The notes under the pieces are model-generated. The model saw only the letters and a list, made by a program, of their open reading frames with translations. It was not told where the DNA came from and searched no databases. From positions 20,026,001 to 20,090,000 of the forward strand of contig NC_092674.1 of assembly GCF_964355755.1 (NCBI RefSeq): a DNA stretch of 64,000 nt, in the 5' to 3' direction. Positions 11,044 to 24,200 of this stretch are shown in pieces. Positions within the stretch are counted from its first letter, which is position 1, and every line of letters begins with the position of its first letter. A program made the translations under genes and the position numbers. Origin of the DNA: Antedon mediterranea (lineage: Eukaryota; Animalia; Echinodermata).

Positions 11044-14000
11044 ATGTCAGCCAACCCAATGGAGCATCTTACAATTACTGTTATTGGAAGTTATCCCAAA
11101 CCAGCGTATCTAAATCTTCCTGATTGGTTCAAAAACAGCAGTGTTCGCACCGTTACCAAAACATACAGTGACTCAATAGCTGAAAAGGGTAAGAAAGTCC
11201 TACTGGCTTAGCATTTATCAATATTTTTGCTATAAGTCACAAAAGTCAAGAGGTTTGTTTTATAACTGGACTGAATTCAATCAATTCTTAAAAAGTTAAA
11301 ACCAAGGCTTTATTTACCAATCCAATTCTATATACCTTTGACCAAAAATTGGATTTAAAAAACTATGGTATTTACCTGAAAATTGTAATTTAAAGCAAAA
11401 AAAAAAGCAAAACATTGACTGCAAGTTAATGACTTTAACCGTTCATTTTGTCTTGTTATAAAAGAAAGCATTTTTTTTTCAACGGAAATGATTAACATTT
11501 TTAAAACTACAAAATGGCCTATTCAAAGTCTTTTTTAAAAATAATCTTCATTTATTTAGTTTGATTTGATCTGTTATTAGTGTAATTTAGTATTGTAATT
11601 TTGTAAATTGATGTCTCAATTCTGCCATTGTACTATGATTGCTTTTTAATATTGTTGTGCAATAAATAATCCAAATGTTTAAAGTATGTGTACAATCATC
11701 ATTTTTACACAGACCATAATATACTCATTGAAAGAGCAGAATCTGAAGTTTTAAAAGAACAGCAACAGTTAGGGATCGATATAATCACAGATGGAGAAAT
11801 TCGCAGAGAAAATTACATATATTATTTACTGTGAGTGCATACATTGGTGTTATTGACTATTTTACTAAATTTTTTTTTGGTACGTCAAAAGGTTGGATTT
11901 CTGTGATGTATGCAACAGTGGAATTGGTAAACAAGATATCCAAAAAATCAGGAAATAATGCATCTGTTTTTCAGTACACCGTCAATGTCAATAATTACTT
12001 AATACTAATAGGGCTTAGGCTTTATTAATTTATTTATTTATTCTGGCAAGACATGGCAGTGCAAAACTAAATTGCATCTATTTACATCCATTAAAATAAA
12101 AAAAAAATGCAAATATATACAATTTAACACAAAAAGCAATTACACAAAATACATTAAACACAAAATTCATTCAATTTAAATGTTCAATAAAAATAGATAA
12201 ACATAACAATTACTATGAAAATGCACACTTATATACACAAAATTTAATTTCTTAATAAATATTAATGTATCTGGTATAAATTTCACATTTATTCAAAGAT
12301 GCCTGCATAGAAGATCTTCATTAACACATTAAAATAAAAATAAAAAGAACAATACAACTTCAAGATAATAACAATGTCAAAACAACCACAATTGATATGA
12401 AATTATAATTTTTCAAACTAATTATAATTCATGAATAAGTGCATTTTGTAGGATTGTAGATAATAAATAAATCATTTTGTTTGACAAATTCAGTAAAGAA
12501 ATTACTCACATTCTTTAGCTTTCGCAATCTTGGATGATGGCTTGATCACAAGTGATCCGGTCCACTGCTACTTCCTGGAAATCTGTTGTTATTGTGTCTA
12601 GGTGACGTCATACTAATTTTTTCGTAGCAATGTGATGTGTATACGTGATCGAGAAGGTAAAACAACCATACCCTTTGATGGTGTCTCCGATTCTTAGTCC
12701 TTCGCTTTGGTTGTTTATTTTTGTATTTGTTGTATCCACATTTCCTAAGCGCATTCCTGATCTTAACTTCTTCTTCTTTCTTATCCGCCTCCTCTGTAAA
12801 TGTTCTCCATCCTATCCATGAGCGTTCTGACCCCTAGCTTTTAGTGTAGTGGGTGTTGAGATTGGAAGTTCAGGTACTGGTCAGTATGTGTCTTTTTCCT
12901 GTACACCAGTAATTTCAGTGACCCATCTTCTTTCCTGATGATTAATGTGTCCAGGAAGGGGATTTTTCCCTGATCTTCTTCCTCAAACGTGAACTTGATG
13001 TTGCCCGTTGGAGTTGAGGTGGTCAGTAAGTTTTTGTGTACTGTCTTTTTGAATTATCTCTAGCACATCATCGACGTAGCGACGCCACAGCTTCGGCTTA
13101 CAATCGAGAGGTGATGTAGCGATGGCTTCCCTCTCTACCATTCCATAAACAGATTGGCCAGGATTGCACTAACAGGGCTGCCCATGGCAGCACCAAATAT
13201 CTGACGATAAATTTGTCCTCTGAAGCTGAAATATGTTGTTGTTCAGATAAATTCTAAAAGAGCAATAACATCGTCCGGGTTTAAATTAGTTCTCTGGTTT
13301 GACCACGCAGCTCAAGAAAACCAGATCATCGATTGGGAAGGGGAAAAAATTCTTGACAGAGACTCTAACCCTTTCAAGCGTAGAATTTAAGAGAGGCAAT
13401 CCAAATCAGAAAGAGAGGGGCTAACGCAATCAACCGCGACAAAGGGGCTGTATTTCTCGATCACGTATACACATCATTGCTACGAAAAAGTATGACGTCA
13501 CCTAGAAACAATAACAGATTTCCAGGAAGTAGCAGTGGACCGGATCACTTGTGATCAAGCCATCAGCCAAGATGGCGAAAGCTAAAGTCAAACAAAATGA
13601 TTGAGTAATTATAATTCATTATAAAAAAAATTTTGATTTTTAAATTCTTTCTGTTCAATTGTAAAAAAGTGATTTGTTGTGAATATTTCAATTGACAAGT
13701 TAAAATTGAATTACTATTTAACTAAATCTGTCAGCTCTAAATAAAGGTATGTCCCCATAGCCACTCACTGAGGAAGGAATACAACTATCTTCCATAGGTG
13801 TGTGGTCTTTTCAATAATTATATTATTATATATTATATTATTTTTTAATTTTGTCAGTAGAGTTTCTTTGTACCAATTTTCCTATTTACTTTTATATTTG
13901 AGGAGAATGAAATTTGATTTGTTAATTTCACAGCTGTTTTCTATCTATCCAACATTTTACAATCATATGTAAATGATGCATAATGTTTTGAACATGAATA

Positions 14001-17000
14001 TAAAACCTATGTATTCCAATCTATTTTTCTTCTTTTTTACAGACGACATGTTAAAGGTCTGGACTTTTTAGAGCTTACAACTTGCCCAATGAGAGCCAAT
14101 GCCTATCCACAAGATTTACCAACTATCGTTGGGCCATTAGGTAACAATCATCGACCAACAAACTGATAATATTAACTAAATTATTGACTTTATTCAAAAT
14201 AATGCATACTACAGAAAAACAGAATAAAGCCAAAACATTGTAAAATTGTTTCTAAAACAATTAATGGATCAGAATATGTTTTTTCATTAATGAACAATTC
14301 ATATCACTCTGTGAATCGAGGAACTATAAACTCAAAAATAATTATTCAGTTATTTAATATTATGAATACTTCACCTAAAATAGCAAATATAAATATGTAA
14401 GATGGCCATAAACCTTTAGATAAATGTCTCCATTAAACAAGTTTGATTTAAATTTTAATAACCTTTTAGACATAGATGAAAAAGATGCATCTAAACTTGC
14501 AAGTGAATGGAGAAGATGTCAGGTATGCAAACAAAAACTACAAACAATGGCTAATTTACACAAGCAAACTAAAGTTTTCAAACCAAAGTTTGCCAACTTT
14601 AGTTTTCAAACCAAAGTTTGCAAACTTTAGTTTTCAAACCAAAGTTTTCAAGCCAAAGTTTACAAATTAACATTTTAAAACTAAGGTTTACAAACTAACA
14701 TTTTCAAACTAAGGTTTACAAACTAACATTTTCAAACTAAAGTTTTCAAACTAAAGTTTTCAAACCAAAGTTTTCTAACCAAAGTTTTCAAATTAAAGAT
14801 TCCAGACTAAAATTTTTAAACTAACATTTTCAAATTTTTGAATACTATACAGAGATCCAGATGAACTAACGTTTTCAAACTAAAGTTTTCAAACTAACAT
14901 TTTCAAACTAACATTTTCAAACAACTAAAGGTTTCAAACCAACGTTTTCAAACTAACGTTTTCAACCCAAAGTTTTCAAACTAAAGTTTTCTTGTGTAGA
15001 TTAAAATTTATCTAAGACCCTGACTCTACATATCTGGTTTCACAAATGTTATAATTTAAGATACTGGGTTTATGTCTAATAGATATGTTTGTTTGCTATT
15101 TTTAATTGTCCACAGGATTTATCTGAAGTTGTAGTAAAGTACACAATTCCAGGTCCCATGACTATAATTGGCAGCACTGCAAGTAAGTGTTACTAATTCT
15201 TTACTTACAAGAATAAATATAAGTGTATCTTATTTTAGAATGTAGTTAATTTTAATATTGTCACTTAAATTCATATAAAATATTTTCTGGGGATTTATTA
15301 AGTATCTTTGTTTATACAGATAAGTTTTATTCTGATGTCAAGAAGCAAAGTGAAGATATTGTGAAAGTCATCAATAAAGTTGTGAAGGCGCTTATTAAAG
15401 CAGGTACCTTCTAAAAACTATAGATAAGTTATTATTATTATAGATAACCATTTTTATTGTATTTTAAACAATTTATCTGATGCAGTGTATAAACAAAGAT
15501 TTATAATTTATCTAGAAGCCGCTTGTAAATATATGCTTATTTTACCTGGAACTTAATTTTGATTTTAACTCTAAAATTGAGCCAACTGGTACTCAATAAC
15601 ATTGCATAAAAACTATAATGAAAATGATTCATTACTCTTAAATCAACATGTATCATTCATGTATGCCACATGAATGATGTTGCCTTTATTGTCATTGATA
15701 ATATTCAAATGCTTATAACAATTTTGATCATATCCATCTAAGGATTGTTGTAGAAAAAAAATGCACTTAACTTAGAGTTTATAATTATTTGACACTACAT
15801 ATTTTAACATGATACTCCTTGTTTTTCTGAGGCCTAGTCTGAGGTCATGCTTAACTTTTATCTCTTGATGGTCAATCTTTAAGGTTGCAAGTGCATTCAA
15901 ATTGATGAACCACTTTTTGCCCGCAAGCCTTCTCAAGCCTTAGAATATGGAATTAGTCATGCTGCATTGTGTTTCGAAGATGTAGGCTCCGATGTTACAA
16001 AAATCATTCACATTTGTTGTGGATATCCGCAATATTTAGTAAGTTGCACTAATTATTATTAGTAATATACACCTTATGCGTTGTGTATTTGAGGAGCTTT
16101 AACTTTTTTTCAGAAGAAATAAAGCATTTATAGTGATTAGGATATGGTAAATAAACTAAAGCAAAGCAGTGGAGTATAGACTGTATTTAATAATAACAAT
16201 ACTGGCTCTATCTATCCTTTTAATAAACTTAATTTTAACTATTTTGACAATAATTCAGTAGCCACATAACTTAATGCAGGTACACGAGAGGCAAGCAAGT
16301 AACTCCTGAGAATGTGAAAGGGAAAGGAATGTCGGTCTAATTTCAATCGCATGTTGTCTCCCATCCCTGCTTCATGCATTTTAATGATATTCTTGTTCGG
16401 GAATCTCATATTCATTGATGTGTGATAGGAATATCAGTGTGTCCAAAAGGTTGAAACCTAACCGACCATTCTGTTGGCTATGATCAAATTAAATGATATA
16501 AATAGGGCTTTTGAAATGCTTGCATTTCAGGATGAGGAAAACTATTTAAAAGCTGATAGATCATCTTATGTAACCCTTGCTAAACCACTTGACGAGGCTG
16601 GTTTTCACGCAGGTAGGTATACGTTTGTTTTTAAATCTACATTTCTCTTACAAATTACTAGTGTGTAGACAGTATAGGCCCTATTGTCTTTAGACAAAAT
16701 TGTGGATGTGTTTTCTTGTTTAACTACAAGTAAAATACATGGATTTTAATTTTTTTTTTTCGCATTATCTCTTATAACAGTTTCGATAGAAGATGCTCAC
16801 TGCTACAATGATCTGTCTTTTCTTAAGATGTTCACTAAAACGAATGTGATATTGGGTAGTATTGCTGTCGCTGAAAGTAGAGTTGAAAGTGTTGAAGAAA
16901 TACAAAGCAGAATACAAGAGGCAATGAAATATATACCAATTCAACGACTACAAATTGCACCAGATTGTGGCCTAGGATTTTTGCCGCATGATATTTTGGT

Positions 17001-17049
17001 GAAGAAGGTAGCGAATATGGTTGCTGCTGCAAAGTCGTTTAGCAAATAG
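11044..17049 (+). CDS. Single-domain cobalamin-independent methionine synthase-like enzyme (MetE C-terminal catalytic barrel / core-MetE family), 9 coding exons, 356 aa
   Basis: Exons 11044-11188, 11713-11830, 14043-14140, 14470-14522, 15116-15182, 15320-15403, 15884-16038, 16531-16612 and 16781-17049 all have GT-AG boundaries and join in frame (1071 nt). Motifs: [47 protein letters not shown] (Zn His-x-Cys), VSIE, APDCGLG (last Zn Cys). Confidence 0.93.
12471..13602. mobile_element. Penelope-like retroelement remnant with inverted terminal (pLTR) copies, in intron 2 of the MetE-like gene
   Basis: Minus-strand RT fragment ([33 protein letters not shown]...WRRYVDD) at ~12655-13297. Plus-strand GIY-YIG C-terminus ([19 protein letters not shown]...EAIQIRK...INRD) at ~13300-13490. 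~150-bp inverted copies at 12471-12655 and 13454-13602. Stops and frameshifts are present. Confidence 0.88.
14560..14991 (+). repeat. Degenerate 14-bp minisatellite (AAACTAAAGTTTTC)n in intron 4
   Basis: More than 20 variant units such as aaactaaagttttc, aaactaacattttc and aaaccaaagttttc. Confidence 0.9.
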
Positions 17050-18201
17050 TATTATATGGTTTTATTATTGCATATTGGTTAGTGTTTCGTTTTATTTTTC
17101 GTATAAAGATACATGAGCTACTGATGATAATGAAAATTGTTGGCAAGCATATATGCCATAATTTCCTTGAATAATAAGATATTTTAATACTGTATAGAGA
17201 AATTGTTTAATTACAAAACAAATATTTATTATAATATAATAATGAAAATGTAAGGTTGATAAATTAAATGTTATGCTTCAATTAAATAACAGGTGATTTG
17301 GGTTTCCAGTTGTCTAAATTACTTTATTTAAAACAAATTTTGTTTGCGTATATTAACATTAGTTTTGAAAAGAGCTGTTGCGTTTGAGAAACTCAACAGC
17401 TATTTTCAGAACTAAATATATGCGGTGCACCGCAAACTTTATATCAACATTTGATTTCACCATGCACAACTTCATACAATAAATTCCATTTTCTTTAATA
17501 GAACTAGCTGCCATTCCAATATGGACTGGATCCATCTGAAATTAGTTTATTTCTGCGACTTTGGGTAACCTACTGAATACATTCATCCACTTTAAATAAA
17601 CCAGTAAAATAAATAATTTTTTGCTAAAATTTGTTGTTAACAGCCAAATGGATGAAGGGATATTAAAAGGTGGCCCAGGTGACCCGATCATCATGCAGTT
17701 TAGTAGGGATTTGAAGGAAATGTTACATATGCAAAGCAATGAATTAGAGAGAATAAGCTAGGAAACTGAAACAATAACAAAGTCAGTGTTAACTATCACA
17801 ACTTGCTAATAGGCTCCAATGCTATTGAGAGCCTTGTCTACTCCCAGTTCACAAGGAATCTTCACTTGATGACGTTTCCCTTGATTTGCTGAAAATGATC
17901 TTTCCCTTCATTTGCTGAAAATGATCTTTTATATTATTTCACGTTATTAATGACCCTAAAATATTTTGATTATATAACCATTATACAAAAACCTCTAAAC
18001 AAATTGATTGTTTTGATATTAAATTCGAAAGCATTTTGAACGTTATACATTTATAAAACAAAGGACTCAACTCCATACTCTACAACATAGGAATAGTTGG
18101 ACATAAAAATGGCTTCTAATCCATTCAAAGTTGTAACTCTTTCTCGCATGTCATGATACTGCACTCAAACGTTGAAAATTAGTTTGTATTTTTTTGCAAA
18201 C

Positions 18202-18293
18202 GTCCTTTGATTGTTGAGCTTGTCCTTTGATTGTTGAGCTTGTCCTTTGATTGTTGAGCTTGTCCTTTGATTGTTCGACTTTTGTCATTTGAT
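18202..18293 (+). repeat. 20-bp tandem repeat (TGTCCTTTGATTGTTGAGCT) x ~4
   Basis: Directly visible tandem copies. Confidence 0.9.
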
Positions 18294-20350
18294 TTGCCAA
18301 ATATGTTTTAGTTCTTTGTTTTCTATATTTGTTCGTTGATTTTTATTTTCCTTTGTAGTATTTTTAGTTTTGTCATTGATTTTTGAAAACGTTTGTTGTT
18401 TTTTTAGTTTTTTCGTTGATTTTGAAAACATTCATTGTTTTTTTACATAGTCCTTTGTTTTAATTTTTTATTATTATGGCCCTAATGGCCGCTCATAAAC
18501 CTGTCCATGGTCAGGACTATATTTCAGTGTCCTTCAGATCCGATAATTTAAAGCAACTCATTTCTAGCTACAAATAGATTGTTACATTAACTTTGTGTTG
18601 AAGGTGTTACTACTAAAGGGCGTAATGAAAATATTGATTGGGACAAAAGAGTCAACACATTTCTGCTGCTGATTAGGTAAGTCATTAATAGAGTCATCCA
18701 TACGATATTCACCAGTGTGACCATAATCACCATGGATCAATGAGCATTAAGACGGAAATAAAGAAATCCAACTACAATTTATACATTCTATCAAGATATA
18801 CACTTTATAATGAATAACAATTGTTCTATTCTCTACTGATAATGATACGGTTATATGGAAGTAAAAATAAGCCTTATATGGTTGATAACAAGATCAAAGC
18901 AGCAACTCTGAAAGCATTAAATATATTATTAAAACTACAGTAAATTCAGTTGTTTCTTATAACCAGCAACCAATTTTGTTTTATATCTGTTGTATTAAAC
19001 ACAATGTAGATAGCCTGTAGTTTTTTTGCAAGGCAATAGTGGAGAATTTTATTTGTTAACCTACCTTATTGACTTTTATGTTATCTATCTGCCTAGAATA
19101 AATACCCAACAATGATCAATGTTCAACTAAATCTCAGTGGAGCGGAGCTGCATCATGCAAAAAAACTGAGTAATATACAGGACTTGGGAATTCCAGACCC
19201 AGGATTGGAAGGCAAAAAATAATTATCACAAATACCATACATTTTAATATGCACTATACAGATTTAAACAGCTAAACTCAACACAAATACATACTGTTTG
19301 CTCTAATGATGGTTATTGCTTGTCGTTGGTCATGAGATTGAGAACAGGCTTATTATTATCATCCATGAAAGATATGTTAACATTTTTATTTTGTAAACAA
19401 ATCCGTTAATATACACTATATACAGAATTTAACAGTCCATACATGATTGCAAAATAATGTCAAAACTTATTTATCTAAAAAAAAGTAACAACTTGAAATA
19501 ACTTTAAATATGTGTATAAAAGTGAACAATAAACTATAAAATTAGGTGGGAATAAATTTAGAAATTCGTAAATATTGAAAAAATAATTGTGGATAATAAC
19601 AAAATTTAATATAAAAACAAACAACAGTTTGTTTTGTGACAAATTCCTTACAAAGTATTCATACACGGACAATAAACACTACTTGGATAATATTACTTTC
19701 ACAAATCCATCTGAAATAGACGAGAATAAAATACAATAAAAAAGAAAATTATATTTACACTTAATTTTGAAATATTAAATCTGTGAAAGAATAAAATAAG
19801 TGTCCATGCAGAAATAGGAACACATTATATGTACAACATCAGTCTGAATATTATAAATTACTTATCTACTGTATGAATAAGGTAGAACCATATACATACA
19901 ATGGGGCAATTCTAACACACACACACACACTCTGACACAATGATGTCTCGACGGACACAATTTAGACTTTTTAAAATAACATTTGGATGAATTCATGCAT
20001 CCTCACAACAGTATGACTTGATATTATTAAATAGTACACTATTTACATATTCTTGTAAGCACCAAAAATTAGTAATATATTTTCAAGGAATTGGCCAAAG
20101 AAATTTTAAATAGCTACAACTGACCTAATATTTTGAGAAATGGGCATTAATTTCATTCCTTTTATTTTAAATTGAATGGGCTTCTATTCAAAATCAATTT
20201 GGTATGCTAACATACACACAAAAAACAGGCTGATTTTAAACTACTGTACTGTACTTACTACTCATTTTGAATAATCATGTATTTTTAAAAATATTTTAAA
20301 ATTATTTTTATAATAATTTTATATAATATATAAAATCACTTTGCAATTTC

Positions 20351-20472
20351 TTTCTGGCTGTTTTACTTTATCGTTTTGATTTAGGGTTTCGCTTTTTATT
20401 TTGTATATCCATCAAAATCCAGCCACTGATACCCACAGCATTGTCATTTTTTCAGTAATTTGTCTTTTGAAT
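20351..20472 (+). mobile_element. Short 3'-end fragment of the Penelope (Neptune-like) family seen at 51883-53893
   Basis: TTTCTGGCTGTTTTACTTTATC...CAGCCACTGATACCCACAGCATTGTCATTTTTTCAGT matches 53774-53880. It is flanked by AT microsatellite. A more diverged copy is at ~45805-45888. Confidence 0.75.
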
Positions 20473-21255
20473 AATATAAATTATATTATATAATATAAAT
20501 TATATTATATAATTTATATATTTAGTTACACTGTAAATGTAATGTAAAGTAAATTTACATATTTAAATAAAATATTCATTTATTCATTATTTATTTAAAT
20601 GAAATATCTAAATTTAATTACAGACGGGTTTTCCCTAATAATTTGGTACTTGTTTCAGTCTAGTACAAAATAACAATTTCAATGAAACTATGTCTCAATA
20701 AATACCCCCAACACCCTGAAATCAGAAGATTAAAGGTTCTAATCCTGTCAGATTTCATGCACATTTGTAAAAGCTACCTATTCTACAATTTTTAAGCCGT
20801 GGACGCCCTTTTTAAAAATGTTGGATCTGCCACTGTAATTACAGTACGTTCATAATAGTCAACTGTTACCAGGTTGTTCAAATACAACTTGCAGTGTAAA
20901 TGGCAACATTTTAGAAATCCTTAGCACTCATAACACATTGTGTATTTAATATACAAACAAACAATATGTCTTAGATAAATACATAAAATGATAAGCTGTG
21001 GTATAAAATGATTAAAGGCATGATAAAAATAAAAAGTAGTATATTTATGAAGTTATGTGTGTTTTAATCTTTAATCTTATGAAAATAAACCAAGATTTAT
21101 ATTAAATAGAATAATTTTCACATTTTCTATAAGGGATAGTGACACATTTTCGTTAAATTGAAAAGAAAAAAAACAACAAATTCATTTGTATTAGATCGTC
21201 AAATAAATACACATGATAAAAAACACACAACACATTATTATCCAAAAATAAAACA

Positions 21256-24200
21256 TCAGGCATCGTCTGCTGTTACAAAATCCACAAGATCAGTGACCTC
21301 CATTAAAAGGTCATCCTCGTCGGCTTCTCGATTACTGCTGTTACCACCATTGACTGCACGTGAAGATTTATTGCCACTAATAGAGGGTTTTTTCTTGGAA
21401 TCAGGTGTTTGTTCTTTGTCTTTCTTTGATTCCTCATCTTTGTTGTTATTCATTTGTTTTTCGTTTTCTTTGTTAGAATCACTTTCTTTTTCTTTATTGT
21501 CTTTATCCTCACCTTTATTGTTTTCAGTCTTTTTGTTTTCATCTTCTTTTGTTTCCTTTTCCTCAATATCTTTATCTTTATTTACTTTGTCTTCATCTGT
21601 TTTATCTTTGTCTTCTTCTTTATCTTCCTTTTCTTCTTTCTTTGCTGCTTCTTTTTCTTCCTCAGATTCATCCTCTTCTTCACACTCTTCCTCTTCACTG
21701 GTTGAATCTGGCAATGTTTTATAGCTTTCCTGTTTACTATGTGACTTTTCAATCTTATCCAGCTCCTCTCCAAGACTGAAATCACTGTCGTCATCCGCGT
21801 AAGTTTTCTTTTTTGATCTAGTCTTTTTTTGGCTTCTATCTTCATCGCTAAAATCACTATCTTCATCTTCGTAAATCCTCCTCTTTGACTTGGTCTTTTT
21901 CTTGCTTTGTTTGTCCTCTTCGTCTTCATCTTCACTGCGCAAAACAAATTTTCTTCTTGACGGATGTGATTCCGATACAGAATTCTGAGATTCATCACTT
22001 TCAGAGTCTTCACGATATGATACACGTTTACGGGCTGTTTTGCGTGGTCGAGTGGGCAAAGAGCTGTCTTCACTATTGTAACTGGATTCCTCGGTTTCTG
22101 TTTAGAAAAGGTAATCGAAATTTAAATTACAGAAATGAAATGTAGACCAACCAATAGGTCTCTGAAGACTTTGCTGGTAACAAGAATTACTCAATACCAT
22201 AATAATTGATTACATGTGGGTGGCTCTATTATTAACTGTGTCACACAAATTTCTTACATATGAAATGATAGATAATTTGTAAGTTAAAAAAACCCCCTAA
22301 AATTGTAAGATATCAATTTTATATCTTTTCCAATAAAACACACCACCTCAACAGACATACCTGGCAATGAAACCAGATCTTCATCACTTAGGTCCGAGTC
22401 CGAATAGTCTTGGTACCGTGTTCGTCGCTTTGACTTAGTGCGACAACTCCTCCTTGTTGGCATTTTCTTTAACCTTTTTGATGACCTTCGTCCAATGCCA
22501 CTGTAGACACTCTCATCACTATCGTATGGTAAATCATTGTTTTCTGAACTTGACTTTTCACTAATGGTAAAAAAATTATTTACAAAACCTTTAAACAAAG
22601 AAAAAGATTTGGTACCAAGAATTGCTTTTTCCGTCTACAACCAAAATAGCCAGAAAAAAAATTCCCATATACTCAAATCATTTTTTCTGTACACAGAGCT
22701 ATACCATGGCTCTGCCAAGCCATAGACGTACCTTTATGACTAGTATTGTAAACAAGTGGTGACTATACAAAAAATAGGAACATAGGTACAAACATTTTTT
22801 TTATTCATAAAACTGTATTTAAATATTGCACAGCATTTTGTCTTATGTCATCCGTCTCTCTCTGTGTGCATACTTTTCCAGTAGTAGACCTAGCTAGACC
22901 TACAGTAATTATGCCTAGATTAGCTATTTAGTTAGTTGCTGCTGTAAGCAAAGTAGGCAAACATTGGCAGCCTTTTTATCTATGATCTACGTGTTGGGGT
23001 CAATTTAAGGTCAACCTTGATTTGGTTCTACAGTAGTTGTCCGAGAATCCATTGTATTCAATAAATAATAAGTGACATACTATACCTTTCATCTATTTTG
23101 AAATCTTCACTTCCATCACTTCCATCACTGCTTTCTGCATCCAGATCCATCAACCTTTTTCTCTTTCTTTGTTGTCGCTCCATTGGTGACATATCACTTT
23201 CTTTTACTTCTCTTGGTGGTCCATCAAAGTCACCAGGTTCTCGATTTGCTCTCTCTATTGTTTCGATGTCCTTTCCCCGACTGTACCCATAGTTTTTATG
23301 ATATTCTTCCACAGCTAATATACAAAAAATTCAGTTCAATAATCACACACAAGAGAGGAGTGAATACGTTAAAAATGTGTAAAATATAGTAAAATGAACA
23401 CATCACTCAAATATACAGTGGTAAACATTTAAAATACTCGCATGTGGATTATACATAGGTAGAATTTAAGTTATTTTTATTCTAAGTAATTATTTTGAGT
23501 TAAAGAGAGGACCACAATAAGTTTATTTGTATCTAAGTATTTTTTTATATTTTTATTATTTCAATGAAAGGAAAAATGCAAATAAAATAAATGTATAGAC
23601 TTAGTGAACACCCCTTCCAAATAATGCTTCAACCCACTTAATGATCTGAGGTCATGTGCATTGATGATGAGAGCAGCAGAATCTTTTGACAGCAAACTGT
23701 TGCAGGCATGCTACTATTCAAATTATATATCTAGCAATTATTATTCTTTTTGTACAGAGCAAGCTGTCTGTGTGTGTTTCCACAGTCAGTTCCTATTACG
23801 ATTGTTATTGGAAATATACATTTTTTATAGTCATGACCAAAGATACCAAGGCCTAGATACACACGGATTACTGCATTCAGGCAACACAATAAGATACCAA
23901 GGCCTAGATACACACGGATTACTGCATTCATGCAACACAATAAGATACCAAGGCCTAGATACACACGGATTACTGCATTCATGCAACACAATAAGAACTC
24001 TAAAATCATTTAATTGCTAAAACAGTAGTATTGTGAAAATAGATTATGCAATTGGTAAAAAAAAATCAAGAATCTAGCAATATTTGAAAATAAAAATATG
24101 GGTACGCAGTGGCGTAACAGCTATGAGCACTCACTAGCTAAACCCAGGGGCAGAGCATGAGCAGTCCTATGCAACTACCCACTGTTGGAAGGCCCCTTAG

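Noticed and set aside
11044-17049. Bacterial contamination as the source of the MetE-like gene
   Set aside because: It has eight GT-AG introns, an intronic animal retroelement, host-like AT content, and is contiguous with RSF1.
23661-24020. 119-aa and 92-aa ORFs with repeats
   Set aside because: They come from a 51-bp tandem repeat in an RSF1 intron.
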